Assembly: GCA_951406725.2 (NCBI GenBank)
Contig: OX597818.1
Coordinates: forward strand, 121,334,001-121,398,000
From: Octopus vulgaris
Taxonomy: Eukaryota
Direction of reading: 5' to 3'
Length of the DNA: 64,000 bases
The notes beneath the pieces are model-generated. The model saw nothing but the letters and a program-made list of their open reading frames with translations. It searched no databases and had not been told where the DNA came from. Made by a program: the position numbers and the translations under genes. Shown here piece after piece: positions 38,097-52,255 of this stretch; the first letter of the stretch is position 1; every line of letters starts with the position of its first letter.

Positions 38097-38418
38097 CTTC
38101 TCCGCCGGTTACGACGACGAGGGTCCCAGCTGATACGATCAACGGAACAGCTTGCTCGTGAAATTAACGTGCAAATGGCTGAGCATTCCACAGACACGTG
38201 TACCCTTAACGTAGTTCTCGGGGATAATCAGCGTGACACAGAGAGTGACAAGGCTGACCCTTTGAAATACAAGTACAACTCATTTTTGCCAGCTGAGTGG
38301 ACTGGAGCAACGTGAAATAAAGTGTCTTGCTCAAGGACACAACGCGTCGCCGGGAATCGAACTCACAACCTTACGATCATGAGCCGAATGCCCTAACCAC
38401 TAAGCCACGCGCCCTCAC
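38097..38418 (-). mobile_element. OR2-like SINE with tail T1
   Basis: Head as 30803 copy, tail as 6713 copy. Confidence 0.9.
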
Positions 38419-39348
38419 CATATATATCTAAGACTACGCCATATATATCTAAGACTATCCCTTTGGATACTTCCCTTTTTAATTGTGAAATTAAACTGGT
38501 ATTTTCTGCAAATGACGTTACTTTAATACAGTTGAATTATCTCAACGAAAAATAACTTTAAACATGTCAATAAAAGATAGATTGATTTATAAATCTTTCC
38601 ACAATAAAGGGTAATGATATTTTAAGTAGTAGCTGACTTATGAAGTAAAAGGGTTAAGGAAGTAAGGTATAATTTAATAGAAATTCGGCTGCTATTTCTA
38701 AAAGTTAAAGTGACCACATGGCAGCCCCTATATTTGCTCGCGTGATTAAATACAAGATTGGTGAGTGGAGAATAGTGCCAAGTGACCTTTAGGCTTTTGG
38801 CTAACGGAGATCAGGATATGTATTCGATTATCTAATAAAAACCATATCAATTCACTTATTCCACGAATGTTCTTAGGAAGTGCATAAATAACGCAAATTT
38901 CTTTTTCACTAACATACAAAACCTTTGCGTCTCTTTTATACAAAAGGCACGAAACGAAGTCGCCAAACACATATAATATACACACATTCACAGTCAACTA
39001 TTAGAATTGATACAATGAGATCTGAGACCACCCACATATGAATGGTGGGTTATTTTTATATATGGGTGCAGGAGACTGCATGGAAGGAATAGACAATCAA
39101 GGAGTGCGGTAAATGACCGCCAGCGACAGGTAGGTGAGAGGTAAGTTATCAGTACAATAGTTAAAGCACTTCTTCCTTCCACTCTCCCCCACCCAAACGC
39201 TCCGTTTCCGCAACGATGACGAACCTTTTTCAATTTCTGACATACCACAACCCTTATTCATACGTCTGACCACAAATACTGGTTACATGTTTTGGCACAA
39301 GACCAGCAATTTCGGGGGAGAGGTAAGTCGATTACATCAACCCCATTT

Positions 39349-39582
39349 AAGGCGGTAAGCTGGCAGAAACGTTAGCTCGCCGGGCGAAATACTTAGTGGT
39401 ATTTCGTCTGCCGCTACGTTCTGAGTTCAAATTCCGCCGAGGTCGACTTTGCCTTTCATCCTTTCGGGGTCGATTAAATAAGTACCAGTTACGCACTGGG
39501 GTCGATGTAATCGACTTAATCCGTTTGTCTGTCCTCGTTGGTCCTCTCTGTGTTTAGCCCCTTGTGGGCAGTAAAGAAATAA
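39349..39582 (+). mobile_element. Family A SINE nested in an opposite-strand family A copy (~39290-39738)
   Basis: TSD ATTACATCAACCCCA at 39331-39345 and 39583-39597. Confidence 0.9.
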
Positions 39583-40228
39583 ATTACATCAACCCCAGTG
39601 TTCAACTAGTACTTCCTTTATAGACTTCGGAAGGATGAAAGGCAAAGTCGACCTCGGCAGAATTTGAACATAAAGACGGACGAAATCCTGCTGAGCATTT
39701 CGCCCGTCGCGTTACTGATTCTGCCAGCTGGCCCCCTTATCTAATCATAGATATTGGTCATAAACATGGTCCAGCTACAACTTTGCCTTCATCCTTCCGA
39801 TGTCGCTGAAATAACGCGATAAAATAAAGTACCAATCTTCAAGCTGTGGTGTTGATACAATCGAACATTCCCGATGAAATCATGATCACATCCAAATGCA
39901 GAAACCGGTAAAATGAATGCATGTGCGCGCAGATATGCATATATATGCATATGTATAAACTGAAGGACAAATTAATACTTTTTAGAACAGTACATGTTAA
40001 ATAACTTTGACAGTAATAGAAATATTAAAATTACTAAGTCTCTATGGAGCTGACCATGGCAGCGATTATTCTTATATCTATAAGAATACCATATTAATAT
40101 GGCGATAACAATTAACTTTGACAGTGGTTGACAGTAACATCGACATTTGTATATACTCTCCTTCTCTCTCCCTCACACACACACACACACACACATACAC
40201 TCACACATACATGCATACATACATATAC

Positions 40229-40401
40229 AGGCGTGGCTGTGTGGTAAGAAGCTTGCTTCGCAATCACATGGTTCCGGGTTCAGTCCCACTGCGTGGCACC
40301 TTGGGCAAGTGTCTTCTGCTTACGGGGACAGAAACACTCCAGCATCGGTTGTCAAGCGATGGTGGAGGGACAAACAAGTCATATATATATATACATACAT
40401 G

Positions 40402-40483
<82 letters not shown>

Positions 40484-40690
40484 TTTGTGTCTGTATTTGT
40501 TTCCCCACCATCGCTTGACAACCGATTCTGGGGTGTTTATGTCCCCGTAACTTAGCGGTTCGGCAAAGGAGATCGATAGAATAAGTGCTAGGCTTGCAAG
40601 GAAGAAGTGCTGGGATCAATTTCTTCCTTCGACTAAAACCCTTTAAGCATGTCTAGAGTGAAATGACTGAAACAAGTAAAAGAATAGAAG
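40229..40690 (+). mobile_element. Family B SINE with an internal inverted segment
   Basis: After the head, ~40320-40378 is a reverse-complement copy of the downstream 40495-40551 segment, bracketing the microsatellite. Confidence 0.85.
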
Positions 40691-41912
40691 AATAACAGAA
40701 TACGCTTGTATTTTCGCACTTGTACGTGTATATTTATGCGTGTACCGAGTAAGGTGTACTCCACCATAGTCACAATCCAATAATAGTAGCCTATAATAAA
40801 CCTATAAATATCACACCATGGGTATCTAATTATGGGGGTTTTACACCACGACATGCATATCCGATTCTCCCTGCATTGAAAACAATCTCAAATGTGTTAT
40901 CTTTCAGACATATTCATTAAGATTGCTTCATTAATTGCTATTTAAGTTAGTTCCTGGATTCCTTAAGATATGCAGCTACACAAGAAGACGAGCTCAAAGA
41001 CTTTGGCTCTAAGCTTTACGCAACCAGTACCCAATCGTCCCATATAATAATCTATTTTGTTTAATTAATTAAGCTAAATAATAGTTTTTTAAATCCTAAC
41101 TGAAAAATATATCATCTCAGACATATTTTTGTTTTATTTTTTGTAAATATTTTACCATAAGGTAAAGAAATTATGAAAAGGAATTAAGAACTTTGGTAAT
41201 AAAGCATTTCTTATAAATGAATATTTTTAGGTTTTATTTATTTTTATTTACAAACTTCAGGTTTACTTCTATGTAATGAAATCTTAGTGAGATTATCCAT
41301 TTATTTATTTCGTTGGCAATTTACTTAAATGATAATAAAAAGTAAAATAGTTTGGTGGAGAGCCAGTTTAAGTTTCATGCACAAGCGATAAATTATTCGA
41401 AATAACTTGGATTGTATCCATATTATCTTTGTATTGCAAAAAAACAAAAAAAAAGAATAAACGCATAAATAAATAAATAAATGTGAAAATAAAAAATAAA
41501 TATATTCCAACAAAAAAAAAAGGCGAAACGTTTACGTCAGTTCTTGTGTTTTCATGGCCTGGGGGTTGAGTATGCGAGGTTAAAGAGTATAGTTTGTGGT
41601 GTAAACTTCTAATGGACAGATTTGTTCTATGAGTTAGATTGCAGCCGTTTTAGTTTAGTTTCCAGTATATTTTATTTCCAACTTCACCGAAAAATACGCG
41701 ACTTTGGTGAAGTTACATGAACGATATCGCTTATTTCTTAGATTCCGATGGGAAAAGAAGCTTTTCTTAACAGTGGTAAGAAACATTAGATGATATAGTG
41801 GTGATGGTGTTGGTGATGATGATGAGAAAGAAAGGAAGGAAGGAGGAAAAGGAAGAATGTGGAGTGGAGGAAGGGAACGTGGAGGAGAGGTGTCTTCGTA
41901 ATCGTTGTCAAC

Positions 41913-41977
41913 ATCGTCATCATCATAATCATCACCATCAATATCGGCATACCCACCTCCTCCTCATCCGTCTCCTT

Positions 41978-42024
<47 letters not shown>

Positions 42025-42258
42025 TATCAACAACATCGTCGTCGTCATCTCTTCATCATCATCGTCGTCGTCGTCGCCGACGCCACCTTTATCATCATCG
42101 CCGTTGTCGCCGACATCATCATCATCATTGTCATCATCATCATCATCATCATCTTCCTTCTTCATCATCATCATCATCATCGTCGTCGTCGTCGTCATCG
42201 TCATCGTCATCATCATCATCATCATTATCATCATCATCATCATCATCATCGTCGTCGT
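41913..42258. repeat. (CAT)n/(CGT)n compound microsatellite
   Basis: Direct; source of the poly-S/I/H/D/M ORFs. Confidence 0.95.
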
Positions 42259-42324
42259 TTTCGTCACAAATAATCCAGTAGGGAGACATCGAGATCAATG
42301 GCGTTCTAGTCGTGACCATTAAGC

Positions 42325-42604
42325 ACCAGTTACGCACTGGGGTCGATGTAATCGACTTAATATTTTTGTCTGTCCTTGTCTGTCCTCTCTATGTTTAGCC
42401 CCTTGTGGGTAATAAAGAAATAGGTATTTCGTCTGTCGTTACGTTCTGAGTTCAAATTCCGCCGAGGTCGACTTTGCCTTCATCCTTTCGGGGTCGATAA
42501 ATTAAGTACCAGTACGCACTGGGGTTGATGTAATCAACTTAATCCGTTTGTCTGTCCTTGTTTGTCCCCTCTGTGTTTAGCCCCTTGTGGGCAGTAAAGA
42601 AATA
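42325..42604 (+). mobile_element. Family A SINE, 5'-truncated two-unit form
   Basis: Two tails joined by AAAGAAATAGGTATTTCGTCTG. Confidence 0.88.
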
Positions 42605-42705
42605 TATAGTAGAAGACAACTGCCCAAGGTTCAACGCAGTCGGATTGAGCCCAGAACCGTGTGGTTGAGAAGCAAGCTTCATATCACACAGCCACTCCTG
42701 CAGCT

Positions 42706-43102
42706 ATACTCTTTTACTCTTTTACTTGTTTCCGTCATTTGACTGCGGCCATGCTGGAGCACCGCCTTTAGTCGAGTAAATCGACCCCGGGACTTATTCT
42801 TTGTAAGCCCAGTACTTATTCTATCTGTCTCTTTTGCCGAACCGCTAAGTGACGGGGACGTAAACACACCAGCATCGGTTGTCAAGCAATGCTAGGGGGA
42901 CAAACACACACACATATATACATATATATACATATATACGACAGGCTTCTTTCAGTTTCCGTCTAGCAAATCCACTCACAAGGCATTGGTCGGCCCGGGG
43001 CTATAGCAGAAGACACTTGCCCAAGATGCCACGCAGTGGGACTGAACCCGGAACCATGTGGCTGGTAAGCAAGCTACTTACTACACAGCCACTCCTGCGC
43101 CT
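42706..43102 (-). mobile_element. Family B SINE, full length (plus head fragment 42605-42700)
   Basis: Complete head to AAAAGAGTA tail. Confidence 0.92.
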
Positions 43103-44194
43103 ATGTATAAAAATGATTTCATTGTAGGCCTAGCAATCATTACCTCATGACATTACATCGATATTTCGTGTAGAAATAATTACTTTTTCTTTTGAAAAAA
43201 AATAGTAGGCATAACATCCAGTTATGAGAAATTAGCTATGTTGTAGATATATATTGCATTAGAGTCGTTGGCGTTATTATTTTTATTGTTTCTTTAATGT
43301 CACCCTATTCTCGTTATTTTTGTGTAAGAAGTAATTTTTGCTTCGACTCCTCTGCGAATGTTACACTTTGCTTTCTGTATCTGCTTAAGCGAAATCGTTT
43401 TGTCCCAACGTCATTAGGTCTAAAAGAATCTGATCCGTTTACCACATCCTGAAAAGGCACTCGAGTGGTTAATTATCAGAAATTAAAGATGTCTGCATAA
43501 AACGTTAACAAGGCGAGGTCTAAAGTGTGATAACTGTCAATCTTGCTTGTGAGTAGCTAATGGAGAAGATGACGTGGAGGGATATTAAACAGAGCTGTTG
43601 AAAGCAGTCGACTATAGCAGCGAGGTGATGTACTAACAGCATGTTAATTGCTGTCTGATAAATGATATTTGCCAACGTTATTAGCTTGAATTGAAACCTT
43701 TAAACCTTTTGAGTAATTTATTATTTTTCTCGGGTAAATTATTGCGCTGGTTAGATTTCAAAACATATTTATTTCTTCGTTGTTTTCTCAAATGACTTGA
43801 AGCAATTTCGCTGTTCTGATATCTTGTTTCAAATACGAAATAACGCTAAATAAACTAAGACAATCGACTGTCAAACAGAGAAAGCTGATTTATTAAGAGA
43901 GTATAAGTTCAATTCCATTAATTTCTATCAAGCTTTCCTCAGATAAGACATTTTGAGAAATTTCCTTTTGGTAGTCAGATTACGTCTAACTCAAGACAAT
44001 TGCTGTGTTATATAAAACGTGAGAACGCAATTATTAAATCTTGATTGCGTGTTTAAATTGACACTCTTGTTAGTTCTTGTTGCAGAGTAAGCCTTGTTCA
44101 GCAAACCTATGATCAACAAACCTATGGTCAAAGCCAATTCAACTATGACCATTCCAATATTTTGTATATCAAGGCCTAAGTTATCCAATATATT

Positions 44195-44260
<66 letters not shown>

Positions 44261-44498
44261 CGATAGATAGATAGATCGATTGGTAGATAGATAAGTAGTA
44301 GGATAGCACCAGACAGACAAATAGACAGACAGATAGATAAATAGATAGATGCATAGAAACGGACAGACAGACAGACAAACAGATAGATAGAAGTTGACCA
44401 CGGCGGAATTTGAACTCAGAACGTAGCGACAGACGAAATACTGCTGAGCATTTCGCCCGGCGTGCTAACGTTTCTACCAGCTCCCCGCCTGAATACCC

Positions 44499-44582
<84 letters not shown>

Positions 44583-44609
44583 CTCTCTCTCCCTCTCTCT
44601 CTCTCTATC

Positions 44610-45340
44610 ACGTGGCTTCGTGGTTAGGAGTATTTGGCTCACGATCTTTCGATCGTGAGTTCAATTCCAAGTGACGCGTTGTGCCCTCTATTTCACTTTG
44701 TTCCACTCCACGCTGGGAGAAATGAGCAATACCTGTATTTCAAAAGGCCAGCCTTGTCACACTCTGTGTCACGCTGAATCTCTCTGAGAACTGCGTGAAA
44801 GGTACACCTGCCTAAGGCGGCGAGCTGGCAGAAACGTTAGCATGCCGGTCGAAATGCTCAGCAGTATTTCGTCTGTCGCTACGTTCTGAGTTCAAATTCC
44901 GCCGAGGTCGACTTTGCCTTTCATCCTTTCGGGGTCGATTAAATAAGTACCAGTTACACACTGGGGTCGATATAATCGACTTAATCCGTTTGTCTGTCTT
45001 TGTTTGTCTCTTCTGTGTTTAGCCCTTGTGGGCAGTAAAGAAATAGGTATTTCGTCTGCCGCTACGTTCTGAGTTCAAATTCCGCCGAGGTCGACTTTGC
45101 CTTTCATTTTTTCGGGGTCAATTAAATAAGTACCAGTTACGCACTGGGATCGATGTAATCGACTTAATCCGTTTGTCTGTCCTTGTTTGTTCCTTCTGTG
45201 TTTAGCCCCTTGTGGGTAATAAAGAAATAGGTACACGTGCCTGTGGAATGCTCAGCCACTTGCACATTCATTTCTCGAGCAAGCTCTTTCGTTGATCGTA
45301 TCAGCTGGGACCCTCCTCGTCGTAACCGACGGAGTGCTCC
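44610..45340 (+). mobile_element. OR2-like SINE (tail T1) interrupted by a family A dimer (44814-45229)
   Basis: TSD GGTACACSTGCCT at 44801-44813 and 45230-45242, inside tail T1. Confidence 0.9.
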
Positions 45341-45966
45341 TCCTCTATCCAATGTATACTTCCGTTTATAAGATAGTAAGCAGCAAACCGAAGTAGTTTT
45401 TGTCGCCATTATTGTAGCGAGTCGAACAACGGCATAGAGTAAGGAAGAGGAATCATTTTAACATCAACGGTGAACTGCAAGTGCATAAGAACCCGTGAGG
45501 GTGCATCTGTACTGAGCAACATAACGAATCTTTAGAATTTTACAAATTCACAACTTATATTAAATTGGCTTCGAATTTTGGCACAAGGCCTGCTGTTTTA
45601 GGGGAACCCAATATTCAACTGTCCGATGTACTAACGATTCTGCCTGCTTAAATTACCGTTTTGATTTTAACACTTAAGCCCTATTATCGCATGGGATTTT
45701 CCAGATTCCATCAGCAGGCAGCATCGGAATTGAATGCTGGCGAAATTTCGCTCATCGTCTCAGAGCTCCCCAACACCTGACACAGAGGCTCCTGCATTGG
45801 TTCATCATTTTGTGGTTTATATTTTTATCCTCCGCTTAACTTGAGCCATTAATTCTGTCTATCATTCAATCATATGTATTTCAAGTTTAGACAATTTATC
45901 TGATTTGCAAACCACGCGGAGTTTCGGGCATATTATTAATACACAACAAATTTTATTTAAGTTAGT

Positions 45967-46193
45967 TACTCTTTTACTCTTTTATCTGTTTCCGTCATTT
46001 GACCGTGGCCATGCTGGAGCACCGCCTTTTAGTCGAGTAAATCGACCCCAGGACTTATTCTTTGTAAGCCTAATACTTATTCTATCGGTCACTTTTGCAG
46101 AGCCGCTAATGCTACGGGGACGTAAACACACCATCATCAGTTGTCAAGCGGTGTTAGGGGAGGCGGAACAAACACAGATACACAAACACACAT

Positions 46194-46238
<45 letters not shown>

Positions 46239-46402
46239 CGACGGGCTTCTTTCAGTTTTCGTCTACCAAATCTACTCACAAGGCTTTGGTCGGCCCGAGG
46301 CTATAGTAGAAGACACTTGCCCAAGTTGCCACGCAGTGGGACTGAACCCAGAACCAATATAGTTGGTAAGCAAGCTACTTACTACACAACCACTCCTACG
46401 CC
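45967..46402 (-). mobile_element. Family B SINE
   Basis: Collinear with 42706 copy. Confidence 0.9.
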
Positions 46403-46587
46403 CCCTGTTAATATAAATCTGTAGTTATTCAGCTGGCAGAATCGTTAGCATGCCGGATAATAATGCTTTGCGACATTTCGTCTGTCTTAAGGTTCTGAGT
46501 TCAAATTCCGCCGTGGTCGACTTTGTCTTTCATTCCTTCGGAGTCAATGAAATAAGTCGTTGTATTCCAAACAATCCTGCCTGAATA

Positions 46588-46645
<58 letters not shown>

Positions 46646-46895
46646 TCTCTCTCTCTCAATTTCTTTGATAATCATTCAATAGTTGTCCTTAAAGAAACGC
46701 CTGTGCAAATCCGAGTCAGCCAATTCCCTATACACTCCCACATCCCCATAATTACAAGTGTCTTTTAATAGACTCTGACGGCTAGACCATCATCAGCTTC
46801 CTTTAATTCCAGATATCTTAATCCTCTGTAATACATTCTATGTAATTTTACTTTCAGAAATGTATTTTTAATTTCAGAGAAGTCTCAAGCAGTCT

Positions 46896-46959
<64 letters not shown>

Positions 46960-46998
46960 CGGCGGCGGCGGTGGAGGTGCGAGTGGTGGTGGTGGTGG
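46896..46998. repeat. (TAG)n(GCG)n(GGT)n microsatellite
   Basis: Direct. Confidence 0.95.
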
Positions 46999-47422
46999 TT
47001 CTTAGCTCTGATTGTGCTAAGAACTATGACCAAAGGCATTTCAACTGTGACCATTATGTTTTTTTTCATCTTTGAATCTGTTTGTATCGAAGACCACGTC
47101 ATTATCTTATCTTTCAAGCCTACAAGGTCCGATTTGAAAGATATTTAGCTGCTGCTACTTATTTTTTCGGGTTTAGAAAATAGTACGTAAAATGTGAGCT
47201 ATAAAAAGTAGCTTGAAGTTGGTTTTCTTCTCAAAGAACAAAAATGAATTAATAAAAAGCAATATACCTTGTTTGTAAAAGGTTTTGGGCTTGGGTTTTC
47301 ACTCCCTAAGCAAATTTCGTTCCCGTCCAGTGCACATTGGATAGCGATTTGTTATCAGTTGGTAGTTATAACCAGACATCAGTAAATAATTTATTTGATT
47401 CATTGGACTGTGTTACCTTTGA

Positions 47423-47451
47423 CTGAGGAGACAGGACGATGTCGAAACGTC
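47423..47451 (+). ncRNA. PLE-type minimal hammerhead core
   Basis: CTGAGGA-GACA(GGACGA)TGTC-GAAAC-GTC with perfect core and stem II, followed by AATAAA at ~47477; stem I not evident. Confidence 0.55.
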
Positions 47452-47828
47452 CTGTGACCTGGAGTGCCCTTACGCTAATAAATCAAGTGTGCTACAGAAC
47501 TACATTTGTTTTAAAGGAAACGTCATTCTACAACGACGAAATCCAGTTGCGATTAGCATATTCATGCTCGAATCTGCTAGAACGTATGAAGAATGAACGT
47601 CATCGTATTGTAACAATGGTTTTTATTTTAAAATATTCATAGGGAAATGGTTTCGAGGATACATATTGTTTTCACAGTAGGTAAATCATTTGACGCTGTG
47701 ATTACGTGAAACAAATTAATCGATATGGCGTTTTCATGTGTATGTGAGCAGATACATATATATATATATATACATACATGCACACGCACCCCTATATATG
47801 TATGTGTGTGTTATTATGTATGTATGTT

Positions 47829-47864
<36 letters not shown>

Positions 47865-47865
<1 letters not shown>

Positions 47866-48044
47866 GAAAAAAGCAAAAGACGAAGACAGGTGGTGTACAA
47901 AACAAACAGATGCATTAGTATAACGCTCAGGAATAGAAAAAGTCTTTTACGTTTCGAGCCTACGCTCTACTACAGAAAGGGACGCAGAAAAAGCAAGGAG
48001 AGAAAAGAATGTGTGTAGTGACTAACGATCTATCATGCCGACTG

Positions 48045-48045
<1 letters not shown>
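47865..48045 (-). mobile_element. Family F (TA)n-embedded element with hammerhead-like motif (47943-47981)
   Basis: Minus strand CTTT-CTGTAGT-AGAGC(GTAG)GCTC-GAAAC-GTA-AAAG; (TA)n on both sides. Confidence 0.8.
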
Positions 48046-48090
<45 letters not shown>

Positions 48091-49365
48091 ATATGCATGT
48101 GTGTATATATGCATACACACACACAGGATGTTCGGGCTAAAATTTACTGATTTACATGTAAGGGCTACCAGTCGAGAACTCCGCATACCGGAAGCCAGCA
48201 AGTGTATGGGGTCATCGGGAGAGAATGCGTGCCGTTTCGGGGCCTACCTCTCGACGGCATCAATGCGCACCGGCTCCCCTCACTGATATGAGCCCCCCCC
48301 CCCCCTCCACACACACACACACCTTGCTAGATCAACTGGTTATTAAATAAAGCTCACTATTTCTCTAGCCGTTGCTCATCGTCTCTTTTTAACCAAATCC
48401 AGTGGCTAGCCTTCTCCACTGTCGTTCGGATATCGGTCATAAAAAAGCTACAGTGGAGACATACTCAATCACTTAAAATATAATAACAATTTGCATAAAA
48501 GGAAAAGAAAAGAATATATCTCGTCCAAATATAAAGCGTTTTCAAACAACAAAAAATATCAACAAGAATTTGGCTGAGAGATAAAAGTCTGCGCAAAGTT
48601 ACCACCTTCAGCTTTCACCACTACCTCAAGACGGCTCGGATCCTGGCACATGCGTTTCTCTTTGTGTCATGAGAAGATCTCCGAACACCTCCTTGGTCAT
48701 GGCCACCAGCTAGGCCTTGATGTTGCATATATACATATAAACCTCCATCCATCCATCTATCCATCCATACATACACACATGCATACATCAAACATCCCTC
48801 AAACATCATTCGTCTCTCGAACATTTACACATTCCAAACCGCATCCAATTCTTCAGGCTCCTTGCTTAAATCTGTGGTGATGGTTCTGTAAGCGGCACCC
48901 ATTGGAGATAACCACCATCTTCGCATTCAGCTTAGTTTCCGACTCCATGACGCAAATTTTTGGTTCCCACTCACCAGATCTACCTTATTACACTCCACCA
49001 AACTCAGCACCCCGCATACACATACGTGAAGGAAAGAAATAACTGCTTGTTTCAAACGCACAAGCACTCTGGCCCTGACAATGTACCTTCCGTTACACAC
49101 AAACATCATGTTCTCGGTGTGACCCTTTCAAAAACACAGGCTACCTCTCTAATCATTTCAACCACAGATAACTAAAAATAAGCACTGGGGTCGTTACAAT
49201 CGGTCAAGTCCTTCAAGGCGGTGCCCCACAAAAGTCGTAACCCAATGATTGACATCAGTCGCGGAGTAAAGAATTAAAGGAAGACTAATTGAATGTAAGT
49301 GATACAACTATATATGTATATAATATGGATGCACACAAATACAAACTGAGATTATATTATATTAT

Positions 49366-49413
<48 letters not shown>

Positions 49414-49577
49414 ATATATATATATACATATGTATATATATACATATAGTTGTATCCAGCAGTCTCTCTGCACCTATTTGCTTATTCATAGAATTTCAGT
49501 TTGTATTTGTGTACATCCATATTATTTCATTTATTTGTTTGTTGGGGTGGTGATGAATGTTTATGGTTATGTGTTGC

Positions 49578-49649
<72 letters not shown>

Positions 49650-49974
49650 TTATGTATGTATGTATGTATGTATATATATATATATACATAACGTATGTAT
49701 GTAAATGTATACTTTTCTGTGGGGGTGGTATGAACGTACGAGCGGAGCGCAAGTGAGAATATAATATATTTTCTTTAGATTTATATACGAAGACACGATT
49801 ATGTTACCATATTCATTTTCAGTTGTCTAAATCAAAAGAGAGAACATAGAAATAAATCGGTTGATATAGTTGGTGAGAAATTGATAGATGCATAGAGAAA
49901 ATTGTTAGAAAAGCACATACGTATATATGTCTATACATACACACCTATATGCATACATAGTTATATAGATAGTC

Positions 49975-50030
<56 letters not shown>

Positions 50031-50170
50031 TGTGTGTATGAGAGAGACGGTGATAAGGAGAGAGCTGAACCAAAGCAGATTGGATGAAAACCTGAGAAGG
50101 CAGAAAAGGGGGAGAGACAAAGACACGATGTATTTGTAGTAATGGAATGTATGTGTACATGTGTGCACGT

Positions 50171-50214
<44 letters not shown>

Positions 50215-50817
50215 TTGCGTGACAGGAAGAGAAAAGTAGAAAGAGAATGAAACAATGGACCTTAGAAAAGAAACAGCGTAAGAAAAAAAGATAAAATAAT
50301 TAAAAGGAAACGAGAATAAACATGGACGAAAAGTAGGTAGAAATATATAGATTAAATAAGGAAAGGGGAAAAAGAAGAAGAAGAAGAATCGTAAGAGGGT
50401 GGAAAGGAAGGAGGATAGAGAGACGGTGAAGAAAGAAAGAGAGATGAGAGTCGTTGTATTCTCTGAGACATTTGGTGAAATTGCAACAGGAAATATATCT
50501 TTGTTACTTACAATAAATTGTGACGACTATAATCGTATCAATTTGATAAGAGATAAAAGCATAGAAGAGAGGAAAAATCTATTCCCACACTCACTATTAT
50601 TTACATTTTTGTCTACTTTTCTCCCCCCGCCCCATTCCCACCTTTCCTCTTCTTTTCTTCTTTTTGTATTTCTTTCTTTCTTTCTTCCTTTCTTTACTTC
50701 TTTCTTTCATTGTTTATTTATTTTTTTTGCTTTCAATTATACGCGTTTCTCTTTGTGTCATTTCCATATTAATTGGGCAATTTCAAAACAATTTAATCAC
50801 TGAATACGCACATAAAC

Positions 50818-51153
<336 letters not shown>

Positions 51154-51495
51154 TGACAGCCAGAAAGAAAGAGGGACAGAGGGTAAAACAAAGAGAGAAG
51201 TGGACGGGAGATTGCTATAAATGCACACTCAGAAATATGGGGGTATATGTATGTGGGTGTACTCATAAATAGATAAACACAAATATATATGCATACATAT
51301 ATGTATGTATATTAAAGAAGAAAATATGTGCCGAAATAACGTATGCAAACAAAGACTCCTATAAATACCAATAAGTGCATACATACCTATCTGCGTACAT
51401 ATACACACACACATTTACTTATATATATACACACACACATATATACATACATACATAATGTGTATATGCATGATATATATATGTGTGTGTATGTG

Positions 51496-51533
<38 letters not shown>

Positions 51534-51755
51534 CATACATAAGTGTATGTGTGTGTGTTTACGCGTGTAAACGTGTCTTTGAGTTAAAATATGATAGAAT
51601 TTCCTTTTTCTGTCTTTTTTTTAGAGTTAAAATAAGAATAGTTTACGAAGCAATTCTCAAACTAAACAAGGGCATTCGTACATTCTGCCTCCTACGTAAT
51701 AACGGAAATACAGTAGTTCCATCCATCTTCATAGTTCCGGATCCACTGTATGTAT

Positions 51756-52230
51756 AGTGAGAATTTAGAATAAACAAAAAACAAAAGACGAAGACGGGTG
51801 TGTAAACAACAAACAGATGTATTAGTTTAACGCTCGGGAAGTGAGAAACTCTTTTACGTTTCGAGCCGACGCTCTTCGGCAAAAAGGAACACAGAAATAA
51901 ACAGGGAGAGAGAATAGAAAAAAGGTATAGTGGCTAGCGATATATCATGGCGAATTCCAGACAGAGGGGTCGGTCACACAGGAGAGCTAGGAAGGAGGGG
52001 AGATAATAAAGTAGTGGTGATCCCAAAACGAAGGTTCACGTGCGTATGCATGCGTGTGGAAGGGGTTGGTGACATTGACGTGTGCGTGTGTGCATGTGTA
52101 GGTGGGTAGATGAATGTGTAGGTGCTGGGAAGTGGTCAGTGCTAGTGCGTGCGCTGGTGTGGGTGCTGGGAAGTAGTCAGTGATAGTGTGTGCGGGGTGG
52201 TGTGATGTGGTGTGGTGTGATGGTATGTGA
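51756..52230 (-). mobile_element. Family F, longest copy, hammerhead-like motif at 51850-51888
   Basis: Minus strand CTTT-TTGCCGA-AGAGC(GTCG)GCTC-GAAAC-GTA-AAAG. Confidence 0.78.
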
Positions 52231-52255
52231 TGTTGTCGTGTTAGGGTGTGGGAGA

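Noticed and set aside
41798-42337. 174-aa His/Ser/Ile-rich ORF and antisense Asp/Met ORFs
   Set aside because: (CAT)n/(CGT)n microsatellite.
48215-48270. Hammerhead-like CCGTCGA..GAAACGGC on the minus strand
   Set aside because: Multiple core mismatches, no NUH site, no stem I.
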